DNA from: Candidatus Omnitrophota bacterium
GTDB taxonomy: Bacteria; Ratteibacteria; UBA8468; B48-G9; DTJG01
DNA length: 64,000 bases
Assembly (NCBI GenBank): GCA_023819255.1
Contig: JAMWBU010000006.1
Coordinates: 2,902-66,901, forward strand
Reading direction: 5' to 3'
Below, piece by piece: positions 45,979 to 55,686 of this stretch (positions are counted from its first letter, which is position 1; each line of letters starts with the position of its first letter). The notes beneath the pieces are model-generated. The model was not told the DNA's origin. It worked only from the letters and a program-made list of their open reading frames with translations, and made no database searches. The position numbers and the translations under genes are program-made.

Positions 45979-47703
45979 TTAACCATAACCATGGACTTCC
46001 TTCATAACTTCTTCCACTGATGTTATCCCTAAATTTATTTTTTCAATGCCGTCTTCAACAAGTGTTTTCATCTTGCATTCGTTAACTGCTATCTCGCGAA
46101 TTTCTCCCAGCGGCCTGTTTTCGAGCACAGCGCGCCATAACTGCTCGCTGGGAACAAGAATTTCAAATATGCCTGTTCTTCCTTTATATCCGCCCCTGCA
46201 GAAAGGGCATCCCACAGGTTTGTAAAATTTCATCTCCTGGACTTTTTCATCGCTGAGCCCGAGTTCAATGATTTCCTGTTTTGTGGGTCTGTATTCTTCC
46301 TTGCATCTTGGACACAGAACCCGTACAAGGCGCTGCGCGATGATACCTTCGATTGTTGACGCGAGAAGGAAAGGTTCTACCTTCATATCCACCAATCTCA
46401 TAATCGTTGTTGGCGCGTCATTTGTGTGCAGGGTACTTAAAACAAGATGTCCGGTGAGCGATGATTGTATCGCCATCTGCGCTGTGTCAAAATCGCGGAC
46501 CTCTCCAACCAGAATAATGTCAGGGTCCTGACGCAGTATACTTCTTATGCACGCAGCGAAAGTGAGGCCAATGCTTTCCTTTACTGGAACCTGCACGGCT
46601 CCTTCCAGCATATATTCAACAGGATCCTCTGTGGTAATAAGTTTTACTTCCGGAGTGTTTAGTTTTCTCAAAAGCGCATAAAGTGTTGTGGTTTTTCCGC
46701 AACCGGTTGGTCCTGTTGCAAGGATAATGCCATGCGGTTTGTGTATGAGCTTTTCAACCTTATCCATATCAGAGGCCAGAAGTCCAAGATTTTCCATATC
46801 AAAAATAGTTTTTCCTCTATCAAGCACACGAATTGCCAGACATTCGCCAAATACTGTTGGAACTGTGTTTACACGAAGGTCTACCGGTCTTCCCATAACA
46901 GATAGCTCTATTCTTCCATCCTGGGGCAGTCGTCTTTCCGCTATGTCCATTGAAGCCATAATTTTAAATCTACAGAAAAGGGCAAAGGCAAGACCTTTTG
47001 GCGGATGAACCATGTCATAAAGCACACCATCAACCCTGTATCTGACTCTGAAATCGTTTTCAAAAGGTTCAAGATGTACGTCAGAAGCATTGTCTCTAAC
47101 TGTTTGAAGCAAGATTAGATCAAACAGTTTCACAACCGGTGGAAGAGATGCGATTTCTTCAAGACTTGTAATTGTTGCATATTCTCCGCTGGCTGACGCT
47201 ATTGTCTCAAGTTCTTCCATTTCACTCATATCCTGAGATATCCACTTTATAAGGTCGTCTATCGTTTCAAGTTCTGACCCATAGTAAACATTAATGTTTT
47301 CCTTGATGTCATCTTCGTCTGCCAGAACCATTTTTATTTTGTATCCAAGGATGAATGAAATATCGTCCTGTATGTTCAAACTCAAAGTATCGCCAACAGC
47401 AAGTGTAAGTATATTTTTTTCCAGTTTTACCGGAATAACATTGTATGTTTTTGCGAGAGCAGAAGGAAAGACATTGACTGCATTCTTGTCGATGACAGTA
47501 TTTTTAAGGTCTATCATTTCTATACCGGCCTGGACGCTCAAAATTTTTTTAAGTTCCTTTTCGTCAATAATTCCTCTTTCAACAAGAATTCTTCCAAGAA
47601 ATTTGCCTGTTTTTACCTGTTCCTGCAGGGCCGTTTCAATCTGTTGTTCTGTAACAAGCCCGGCTTCGATCAGCATATCTCCAAGTCGTTTTCTTTCTGC
47701 CAT
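45979..47703 (-). CDS. pilB: GspE/PilB-family assembly ATPase (copy 1) with T2SSE_N domain
   Basis: Walker A GPTGCGKTTT, Asp box, His box and a tetracysteine CPRC...CPFC motif. Confidence 0.8.
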   Translation of the reverse strand: MAERKRLGDMLIEAGLVTEQQIETALQEQVKTGKFLGRILVERGIIDEKELKKILSVQAGIEMIDLKNTVIDKNAVNVFPSALAKTYNVIPVKLEKNILTLAVGDTLSLNIQDDISFILGYKIKMVLADEDDIKENINVYYGSELETIDDLIKWISQDMSEMEELETIASASGEYATITSLEEIASLPPVVKLFDLILLQTVRDNASDVHLEPFENDFRVRYRVDGVLYDMVHPPKGLAFALFCRFKIMASMDIAERRLPQDGRIELSVMGRPVDLRVNTVPTVFGECLAIRVLDRGKTIFDMENLGLLASDMDKVEKLIHKPHGIILATGPTGCGKTTTLYALLRKLNTPEVKLITTEDPVEYMLEGAVQVPVKESIGLTFAACIRSILRQDPDIILVGEVRDFDTAQMAIQSSLTGHLVLSTLHTNDAPTTIMRLVDMKVEPFLLASTIEGIIAQRLVRVLCPRCKEEYRPTKQEIIELGLSDEKVQEMKFYKPVGCPFCRGGYKGRTGIFEILVPSEQLWRAVLENRPLGEIREIAVNECKMKTLVEDGIEKINLGITSVEEVMKEVHGYG

Positions 47704-47704
47704 A

Positions 47705-48850
47705 TTATCCCTTTGTTTCTCCAGTGCTTTCCAGTTCTATTGTCTCGCCATACTCTTTAGACGCAAGAGACTGATCAATGACTCCTTCTGCGGCAAGCTG
47801 ATGTTTCACCTGCTCGGGATACTGACTGTAAATCATAACATCTTCAAAGGAAATTTTGCCTTCTTTGAAGAGTCTCATCAAAAATGCGTCAAGCGTCACC
47901 ATACCCATTTTCATTCCTGTTTGAATATCCGAAATAATCCTGTATGTTTTGCGCTCGCGAATCAGGTTCTGTATTGACGGGGTGGCTATCATAATTTCGA
48001 AAGCCGCAACCCTTCCAGGTTTGTCCTTGCGATGAAGAAGAATCTGAGATATTATTGCCAGTATTGAAACTGAAAGCATAACCCTTATCTGTTCTTGCTG
48101 TTCCACAGGGAACACATTGACAATTCGGTCTATGGTGCGGGTCGCTCCTGTTGTATGCAGGGTGCCGAAAACGATATGACCTGTTTCAGCCGCAGTGATG
48201 GCGGCTTCGATGGTTTCAAGGTCTCTCATTTCACCGACCAGAAACACATCCGGATCCTGTCTCAATCCTCTTCTCAACGCTTCAGCGAATGATGGCACAT
48301 CAACTCCGAGTTCCCTCTGTGTTATGATGGATCTTTTGTGCGGATGATAGTATTCAATAGGGTCTTCAATTGTGATGATGTGATGGTCCATATGTGTATT
48401 CATATAGTCAATCATTGAAGCGAGAGTGGTGGTTTTTCCACTGCCAGTTGGTCCAGTGACAAGTATTAATCCGCGGGGTCTTGTAAGCAAATATTTCATT
48501 GTTTTTTCTTCAAGTCCAAGCTGCTCAAAGGTTAGAAACCTATATGGAATCAAACGAAGCGCCATTGCGATGTGACCCCTTTCTTTGAATACAGAAACAC
48601 GGAATCTTGCAATATCTTTGAACGCAAAGCCAAAGTCAGTGCCGCCAACTCTTTGAAGTTCTTCCTGGTGCTCTCTGGAAGTAATTGCTTTCATATAATT
48701 GACTGTATCTTCGGGTGTGAGAGGTTCTGAGTCCATTTTGACAAGCCCGCCATGTCCTCTCATCATTGGCGGCAACCCCACATTTATATGAAGATCCGCA
48801 GCGTTTTCACGCACTATCATTTCAAGAAGTTCTTCAATTCGCTTTGGCAT
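47705..48850 (-). CDS. pilT: twitching-motility retraction ATPase PilT
   Basis: LHINVGLPPMMR, GPTGSGKTTT, and SIQNLIRERK resembling the PilT AIRNLIRE signature. Confidence 0.85.
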   Translation of the reverse strand: MPKRIEELLEMIVRENAADLHINVGLPPMMRGHGGLVKMDSEPLTPEDTVNYMKAITSREHQEELQRVGGTDFGFAFKDIARFRVSVFKERGHIAMALRLIPYRFLTFEQLGLEEKTMKYLLTRPRGLILVTGPTGSGKTTTLASMIDYMNTHMDHHIITIEDPIEYYHPHKRSIITQRELGVDVPSFAEALRRGLRQDPDVFLVGEMRDLETIEAAITAAETGHIVFGTLHTTGATRTIDRIVNVFPVEQQEQIRVMLSVSILAIISQILLHRKDKPGRVAAFEIMIATPSIQNLIRERKTYRIISDIQTGMKMGMVTLDAFLMRLFKEGKISFEDVMIYSQYPEQVKHQLAAEGVIDQSLASKEYGETIELESTGETKG

Positions 48851-50568
48851 TATTCCTCCTCTCCGGTGACATCTATTACCTCCTGCATTGTTGTTAGCCC
48901 GAGTTTAACCTTTCTGAAGCCGTCATCTTTCATGGTTGACATTCCAAGCCTGCGCGCTTCTTTTTTCAGTTCTTCTGCTGTGGCTCTTCTCATTGTGAGT
49001 TCTCTCAGCGTGTCGTTCATAATAAATATTTCAAAAATAGCCAATCTATCAGTAAAACCTGTAAAGTTGCATTCAGGACATCCTCTTGGCTCATAGATTG
49101 TGATTTTTTCTCCTTCCTGTATTTTCAGTTTTTGTTTCATAGATTCATCCGGCTCAATGGGCTGTTTGCAGTACTTGCAAAGAACCCTCACAAGCCTTTG
49201 CGCCATAACGCCCTGCACTGACGAAGCAACAAGAAAAGGTGGTATGCCAAGATCAATTAATCTTGTGATGGCGCTTGGCGCGTCGTTTGTGTGAAGGGTG
49301 CTGAAAACAAGATGTCCGGTAAGCGCGGCTCGCAACGCGATATCCGCTGTTTCAAAATCGCGAATTTCTCCGACAAGTATTACATCCGGGGATTGTCTTA
49401 AAAAAGCCCTAAGCACAGAGGCAAAGGTAAGCCCTATTTCAGATCTAACAGGTGTCTGGTTTATTCCCTGTATCTGGTATTCAACAGGCTCTTCAACTGT
49501 CATCAATTTTCTGTCAATGGTATTCAATCTTTTCAGTGATGCGTAGAGTGTGGTTGTTTTTCCTGAACCAGTCGGCCCTGTCACAAGAAGAATTCCACCC
49601 GAATATTTCAGGAGGTTTTCCCATATCTTTCGGTCCTGTTCCATAAATCCGAGTCCTTCAAGATCCTTGAGGGCTTTTGTTTTATCAAGGATTCTCAAAA
49701 CAACGCTTTCTCCATAAATACCTGGAAGCGTTGAAACGCGAAAATCTACCGGTCTTCCACCTATATCAAGCATAATGCGGCCGTCCTGGGGAAGCCTTTT
49801 TTCCGCAAGGTCCATTTTTGACATAAGTTTCACGCGCGCAATGACCGCTCTTTCAACTCTTTTGGGTGGGCTGACTACTTCGTAAAGGACTCCGTCAATC
49901 CTGAATCTTACCCTGAATTTTTTTTCCATGGGCTCAAGGTGAATATCGCTTGCTCTTCTTCTTAAGGCTTCAACAAAAATCAAATTAACAATTTTTACGA
50001 CAGGAGCCTGAAGGGCAAGAGCTTCTTCGTCTTCATCTGTTGTAATTTCCTCATCTTCAAGAGTTTCAATCGTGTCGGCGCTTCCAACTTCTTGAAGCAT
50101 GGCGGATAGGTCCTCAATATCCTGCTGTTCAAAATATTTAGCTATCAGCTGGTCTATTTCATTTGGGAAGGTTACCATAATTTCTATCTCATTGGGCACA
50201 TTGAGTACCTTTTTAAAATAGTCGCTTGCTATAATGTTAATAGGGTCATCTGTTACCAGAACAAGTTTTTGATCTTCACGAATTTCCCAGGGTATTATCC
50301 TGTGTTTTTTAGCAAATGATGGAGATATAAGATTTATTACTTCTGCAGGAATTTCTCTGAGTGGAAGGTTTTGCTGCACAATTCCAAGTTGAAAAAAAAG
50401 CGTTGCCGGGATATCTCCAAATGGCAACAGTCCCATATTCTGAAATACTTCTTTAAGTGGCCTGTCTGTTGCTTCTTGTTCCTGTAGCGCTTTTTCAATC
50501 GCCGCACGGTCCCAGAGACCTATGTTCTGGATAATCGTTGTAATTTCTTTTTTCGTCGGCATACACAA
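48850..50568 (-). CDS. GspE/PilB-family assembly ATPase (copy 2) with N-terminal T2SSE_N/MshEN-like domain
   Basis: GPTGSGKTTT, and CKYC...CPEC tetracysteine. First gene of the cluster. Confidence 0.8.
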   Translation of the reverse strand: MCMPTKKEITTIIQNIGLWDRAAIEKALQEQEATDRPLKEVFQNMGLLPFGDIPATLFFQLGIVQQNLPLREIPAEVINLISPSFAKKHRIIPWEIREDQKLVLVTDDPINIIASDYFKKVLNVPNEIEIMVTFPNEIDQLIAKYFEQQDIEDLSAMLQEVGSADTIETLEDEEITTDEDEEALALQAPVVKIVNLIFVEALRRRASDIHLEPMEKKFRVRFRIDGVLYEVVSPPKRVERAVIARVKLMSKMDLAEKRLPQDGRIMLDIGGRPVDFRVSTLPGIYGESVVLRILDKTKALKDLEGLGFMEQDRKIWENLLKYSGGILLVTGPTGSGKTTTLYASLKRLNTIDRKLMTVEEPVEYQIQGINQTPVRSEIGLTFASVLRAFLRQSPDVILVGEIRDFETADIALRAALTGHLVFSTLHTNDAPSAITRLIDLGIPPFLVASSVQGVMAQRLVRVLCKYCKQPIEPDESMKQKLKIQEGEKITIYEPRGCPECNFTGFTDRLAIFEIFIMNDTLRELTMRRATAEELKKEARRLGMSTMKDDGFRKVKLGLTTMQEVIDVTGEEE

Positions 50569-50821
50569 TTAAAATACTTCAAAAAGAGACCTGTGTCAAG
50601 CGGTTGTAACAGTGTTTTAGATTAATTACAGTTTCATTCAAGATTCAAATTTGAATAGCGAATAGTATTATGTTTTTGTCCCAAAGTCGAGAAGTGGATT
50701 TTCCCTTTATAAAAAGAACTGATGGGATTGTTTTTAACCAACCCATATTCATATTCAAGCCAGAAAAAGCAAGGTGAGAGACAATAAGAGAATTCAGAGA
50801 ATTCGGGGAATTAGAGTAATG

Positions 50822-52441
50822 TCACATTTTTTCTGGTTGTGATATGCCAAGAAGTTCAAGTCCGGTGTGCATAACGATGAACAAACATTGAACCAGCGCG
50901 GTTCTCGCGCAGGATTTTTTTAGATTTTCATCCACAACCCTGAATTTCTGGTAGTAAGAATGGAATGTTCCAGAAAGGTCAAGAATGTAAGGCGCAATTT
51001 TTGAGACTTCGACAGTCGTCGCAGCCTGTTGCACAATCGAGGGAAATTTTTTAAGTTTCTTGAGTATGTCTAATTCGATAGGTTCTCTCAATAACGAAAA
51101 ATCAGCGCCTGCGATATCCTTCTGATCGATTCCTTTTTCTTTCGCAAATTCAAGGATGTGTTTTGCTCTAACATAAGCATACTGAATATAGTATACTGGA
51201 TTTTCTTCTGTTTTCTTTCTGGCGATTTCAATGTCGAAATCGAGATGGCTGTCCGCTTTCCTGAAAAGGAAGAAAAACTTTGCAGCATCAGGTCCAACTT
51301 CATCCATCAGTTGTTTCAATGTTATAAACTGGCCCTTTCTTGTTGACATAGAGATTTTTTCTTTTCCGCGATAAAGGGTTGTTAACTGTACGATTATGAT
51401 CTGAAGTTTTTCGGGAGAAAACCCTAAGGCATTAACAGCTGCCTTGATTCTTGCAACATAACCAGCATGATCAGGTCCCCATAGATTAATCAACAGGTCG
51501 TATCCTCTGTTTATTTTATACTGGTGATAAGCAATATCCGGAGCAAGGTATGTGTAAGAGTTGTCTTTTTTCCTTATGACCCTGTCTTTATCGTCGCCAT
51601 AGAGAGTTGATTTGAACCAGATAGCATCGTCTTTTTCATAAATAAGTCCTTTTTCTTCAAGCATCCTGATAACCTCTTCCACTCTGCCGCTTTTTCGAAG
51701 TTCAGCTTCTGAAAACCACCGATCAAAAACCACGCCGAATTCCCTGAGGTCGTCCTTTATCATTGTCATTATTTCCTGTTTTGCAAGGCCCTCAAAAAAT
51801 CCGGATTCTTTTTTTTCATATCCATCAGGCAATTTTTTTGCGATTTCTTTAAGATATTCTCCGTGATAACCGTCCTGGGGAATTTCAGCGGGCATTCCCC
51901 TGATTTTGAGGTAATGGGATTTTAGAGAAATTCCAAGAAGTTCCATCTGTCTTCCGCAATCGTTAAGATAATACTCTTTTGTTACCTGCCATCCAGAGAA
52001 AGCCAGTATCCTTGAAAGCGCCTCGCCGAACGCTGCCTGCCTTCCGTGCGCTATTGTGAGCGGACCTGTTGGATTAGCGCTTACAAATTCAATGAGAACC
52101 TTTTTTTTGTTTCCAGAATCAGATCTGCCATAGTCTTGTTTTTTTGAAAGAATTTCGTTGATGACAGAGTAAACAATGCTGTCTTTGAGAAAGAAGTTTA
52201 AAAATCCATTTTTTTCTTCTATTTTTTCAAAGTTTTCTTTCATCCAGGCATTTTTCTGAATCAGAATAATTAATTTTTTGATAGAAATATTTTTTTCTGT
52301 TTGCTTGATTTTAAGAAAGATATTGGTTGAAAAATCCCCGAACTCTTTTTTTGCGGAAGGAAAAACATTAAAGTTTTCATAATTAAGTCCTGCGCCAGAG
52401 AGAATTTCAACAAGTTTTGTTTTTAATTCTTCAGCCTTCAT
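50822..52441 (-). CDS. argS: arginine--tRNA ligase
   Basis: ANPTGPLTIAHGRQAAFGEAL, the class I HIGH-region analogue. 539 aa with DALR-type C-terminal domain. Confidence 0.9.
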   Translation of the reverse strand: MKAEELKTKLVEILSGAGLNYENFNVFPSAKKEFGDFSTNIFLKIKQTEKNISIKKLIILIQKNAWMKENFEKIEEKNGFLNFFLKDSIVYSVINEILSKKQDYGRSDSGNKKKVLIEFVSANPTGPLTIAHGRQAAFGEALSRILAFSGWQVTKEYYLNDCGRQMELLGISLKSHYLKIRGMPAEIPQDGYHGEYLKEIAKKLPDGYEKKESGFFEGLAKQEIMTMIKDDLREFGVVFDRWFSEAELRKSGRVEEVIRMLEEKGLIYEKDDAIWFKSTLYGDDKDRVIRKKDNSYTYLAPDIAYHQYKINRGYDLLINLWGPDHAGYVARIKAAVNALGFSPEKLQIIIVQLTTLYRGKEKISMSTRKGQFITLKQLMDEVGPDAAKFFFLFRKADSHLDFDIEIARKKTEENPVYYIQYAYVRAKHILEFAKEKGIDQKDIAGADFSLLREPIELDILKKLKKFPSIVQQAATTVEVSKIAPYILDLSGTFHSYYQKFRVVDENLKKSCARTALVQCLFIVMHTGLELLGISQPEKM

Positions 52442-52796
52442 TATCGCCTTTCTCCTTCATTTCTCTAAGAATTTCTTCTATTTTTAATCCAGGGTTTTCA
52501 TCTCTGACAAATTCAATTTCAGGAGTAAATCTCGTTTCAAGTTTCTTGCCAAGAAGGTGTCTCACATACCCAGCAGCATTGGCAAGTCCCTTCAATGATT
52601 CTTCTTGTTGCTCCTGGTTTCCAAGAGCGCTGACAAACACAGTTGCGTGTTTTCTGTCTGAGCTGACCCTCACATCCGTGATGGTTACAAAGCCAATTCT
52701 CGGATCAGAGATTCCTTTTTGCAGAATCTCATTTATCTGGTGTTTTAAGATACTTGCGAACTTTAAATTCTTTCTGTTTCTTATATCAAAGGACAT
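52431..52796 (-). CDS. rbfA: ribosome-binding factor A
   Basis: RIGFVTITDVRVSSDRKHATVFV, a KH-like fold. Confidence 0.85.
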   Translation of the reverse strand: MSFDIRNRKNLKFASILKHQINEILQKGISDPRIGFVTITDVRVSSDRKHATVFVSALGNQEQQEESLKGLANAAGYVRHLLGKKLETRFTPEIEFVRDENPGLKIEEILREMKEKGDNEG

Positions 52797-52844
52797 TCTT
52801 TCTCCCTGTTGGTTATATATTTATTTTATGCTAAAATTAAAAAG

Positions 52845-55064
52845 ATGGAAAGAAACTCTGCGAGATTTGTGGGAATTTTTCTTCTTGGGTTGACCGTTTT
52901 TCTTTTTCTCTGCCTGATTTCTTATGATCCACTGGATCCCTGTTTCGGGTTCTGTCAATCAGGATACCCTGTGAGGGACGCGCCTGTTAATTTTGGCGGA
53001 AAATTTGGCGCGAATGTTTCTGCGTCGCTGTTTTTTATGCTCGGATGGATTTCATATCTGTGTGTTTTATCTGTTTTTCTTTACGCCTGGTCGAAAACAT
53101 GGAAAAAAGAAAAATTCACATCGCTTGAAATTGTTAGTTGCGCGATTTTTATCCTGATTCTGGCAGGATTTGTTGAAGCGACAAAGAATATTCTTTGCAT
53201 TTCAAACAATTCTTTTTTTCCCGCAGGCGGAATTGCTGGATTGTTGATTAGCAACGGAGTTGGAGCGTATTTTGGCGCTAAAGGCGGATTTTTCTTGCTT
53301 GCAATAACTGCGGCTGGCTTGTTAATAGCGTCCTGGAAGATTTTTTACTCGCCTTTTGAGAATTTTTCGTTGATTTTTCCTGGCGTATGGAAGCCGATAG
53401 AACCTGTTTCCATGCCAAAAACAGATGTGAAGCAGAGAATAAAAAAGCCCTTGCAGTTACAGACTGACAGCAGTGAGAAGGTTGAACCTGTGACGCAAAC
53501 GCAGCGAACTTCCATTCCGGATCATAAAGAAGAAGTAAATGTGGAAACAATCCATGCCGGCACAGCTGAAAAAATGGTTTCAAAAAAACAGGCGACAGTT
53601 AAAGGCGTTAAATACCAGCTGCCTTCACTATCTTTTCTGAAGGCCGCAAAACAGCCTGAAAAAGAAACAGAAAAAGATCTCAGAGTTTACGCTCAGGTAA
53701 TAGAAGAAACACTGAACGATTTTGGCATAGAAGGAGAAGTTGTCAATTTTACGCAGGGTCCGAGAGTCACTCTTTATGAGGTGCAACCCGCGCCGGGCAT
53801 ACCGCTGGTGAAGATAACAAAACTAGCGGACAACATCGCAATGAGTTTGAAAGCAAGTCCTATAAGAATGGTTGCGCCGATACCCGGCAAGTCAACCATC
53901 GGTATAGAGGTTCCAAACAGAGAAATTTCAATTGTTTGTTTGAAGGAAATTCTTGAAAGCAAGGAATTTCAAAGTTCTCCTTCAAAACTTACAATAGCGA
54001 TAGGGAAAAACATACTCGGCAAACCTGTTATATCCGATTTGAAAATAATGCCGCATCTCTTGATAGCTGGAGCAACCGGGTCCGGCAAGACCGTGTGTTT
54101 GAATTCTTTGATTACAAGTATTCTGTATAAAGCCACAGCAGAAGAAGTTAAGTTCATAATGATAGACCCAAAAATGGTGGAACTCGTCATATACAATGAT
54201 ATACCTCACCTTATTTTGCCTGTAATCACAGATATCAAGAAAGCAGTGAATTCCCTTAAATGGCTGATACGCGAGATGGACCGACGATATCACCTTTTTG
54301 CTCAGACAAAGGTGAGAAATATTGAGTTGTACAATCACCAGGCGCAGGAAAAACTTCCTTATGTCGTGGTTGTGGTTGACGAACTCGCGGATCTTATGCT
54401 TATTTCGAGAAATGAGATTGAAAATAGTATCATCAGGTTGACTGCTCTTTCTCGCGCTGCCGGGATTCACCTGATACTTGCCACTCAGAGACCTTCCGTG
54501 AATGTCATAACCGGGATAATAAAGGCAAATCTTCCATGCAGAATAGCGTTTCAGGTTTCTTCAAAGTTTGATTCTCAAACAATACTTGACTCAAAAGGAG
54601 CAGAGAAACTTCTTGGCAGGGGAGACCTTCTTTTTATTCCGCCAGGCAGGTCCCATCCTGTGAGAGCGCAGGGTGGATATGTCAGCGATGAAGAACTGGA
54701 AGAAATCACAGGATTTTTGAAATCCCAGGGTGCCCCTGAATATAAAATGGATATTCTTGAACATCAGCCAGAAAGCAATGATGTTAATGTTTTCGATAGT
54801 TCTTCGACTGGTTCTGAGGATGACGAACTTTATACCAGAGCGGTAAGAATTGTTCTTGAAACAAGAATTGCTTCGATATCAATGCTTCAGAGAAGACTTG
54901 AAATAGGATTCAACAGAGCCGCAAGGCTGATAGAAAGAATGGAGCAAGAGGGTATAGTTGGTCCGTACAGAGAGGGCAAACCAAGAGTGATTCTAAAGGG
55001 CGCGGTGCAAGACAAAGATCATGACCAGGCCAATCCACGAAATTCTGAAGGAAGTTCGTTCTAA
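52845..55064 (+). CDS. ftsK: DNA translocase FtsK/SpoIIIE
   Basis: N-terminal 4-TM domain, linker, then GATGSGKT Walker A and a C-terminal winged-helix gamma domain. Start ambiguous (52809 or 52845). Confidence 0.85.
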   Translation: MERNSARFVGIFLLGLTVFLFLCLISYDPLDPCFGFCQSGYPVRDAPVNFGGKFGANVSASLFFMLGWISYLCVLSVFLYAWSKTWKKEKFTSLEIVSCAIFILILAGFVEATKNILCISNNSFFPAGGIAGLLISNGVGAYFGAKGGFFLLAITAAGLLIASWKIFYSPFENFSLIFPGVWKPIEPVSMPKTDVKQRIKKPLQLQTDSSEKVEPVTQTQRTSIPDHKEEVNVETIHAGTAEKMVSKKQATVKGVKYQLPSLSFLKAAKQPEKETEKDLRVYAQVIEETLNDFGIEGEVVNFTQGPRVTLYEVQPAPGIPLVKITKLADNIAMSLKASPIRMVAPIPGKSTIGIEVPNREISIVCLKEILESKEFQSSPSKLTIAIGKNILGKPVISDLKIMPHLLIAGATGSGKTVCLNSLITSILYKATAEEVKFIMIDPKMVELVIYNDIPHLILPVITDIKKAVNSLKWLIREMDRRYHLFAQTKVRNIELYNHQAQEKLPYVVVVVDELADLMLISRNEIENSIIRLTALSRAAGIHLILATQRPSVNVITGIIKANLPCRIAFQVSSKFDSQTILDSKGAEKLLGRGDLLFIPPGRSHPVRAQGGYVSDEELEEITGFLKSQGAPEYKMDILEHQPESNDVNVFDSSSTGSEDDELYTRAVRIVLETRIASISMLQRRLEIGFNRAARLIERMEQEGIVGPYREGKPRVILKGAVQDKDHDQANPRNSEGSSF

Positions 55065-55686
55065 AGCAGGCATTGACCTTGAAACAGTTTCAAAAGACAC
55101 ATTCATACCGATCAAATTCTTGCGTGAAATGGAAAACGGTCAGTGGCAGGCGTTTTCATCGACGGCTCATAGAATTGGATTTTTGAAAAAGTATCTTGCC
55201 TATCTCAAGATACCTTCTGACATTCTGCTCGAATATCCTGAGTTTTATCCGGTTGCTGAAAGCGTTGAAAATGTGAAAAATGAGAAACCGGCTGAATCAT
55301 CATTGATATGGATTTTGATTGTGTCCAGCGTTTTTTTGTGCTTACTGCTTTTTTTACTATTATTCAATAAAGATGCCAGATTGAAGGAAAATTTTGTGTC
55401 TGTGGATTCTGGTTATGTTCTGCCAGATCCAGTGAAAGAAAACAGAGACATAAAATTAAAAGCGATCGATGATGTTTGGATAAGGGTTGCGGTTGACGAT
55501 AAGAAAATAGTTGAAAAAATACTTAAAGCAGGTGAGAGTATTTCGATTTCAGGCAATGAAATATTTATAAGAATCGGGAACGCAGGCGGATTGCTGATTG
55601 AAAGAAACGGAGAAACGACCGGTCCATTTGGAAAACTCGGCCAGGTAAAGGAGTTAAGGATAAATAATACCGGGAAAAAACGATGA
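55021..55686 (+). CDS. rodZ: RodZ-like HTH (XRE) membrane protein
   Basis: N-terminal HTH (LKEVRSKAGIDLETVSKDTFIPIKFLREME), one TM helix, C-terminal DUF4115-like domain. Confidence 0.5.
   Translation: MTRPIHEILKEVRSKAGIDLETVSKDTFIPIKFLREMENGQWQAFSSTAHRIGFLKKYLAYLKIPSDILLEYPEFYPVAESVENVKNEKPAESSLIWILIVSSVFLCLLLFLLLFNKDARLKENFVSVDSGYVLPDPVKENRDIKLKAIDDVWIRVAVDDKKIVEKILKAGESISISGNEIFIRIGNAGGLLIERNGETTGPFGKLGQVKELRINNTGKKR

Noticed and set aside
50787-50816. GAATTC repeats as a restriction-modification-related feature
   Set aside because: Only two tandem copies immediately after the argS stop. More plausibly a weak terminator hairpin or regulatory site.
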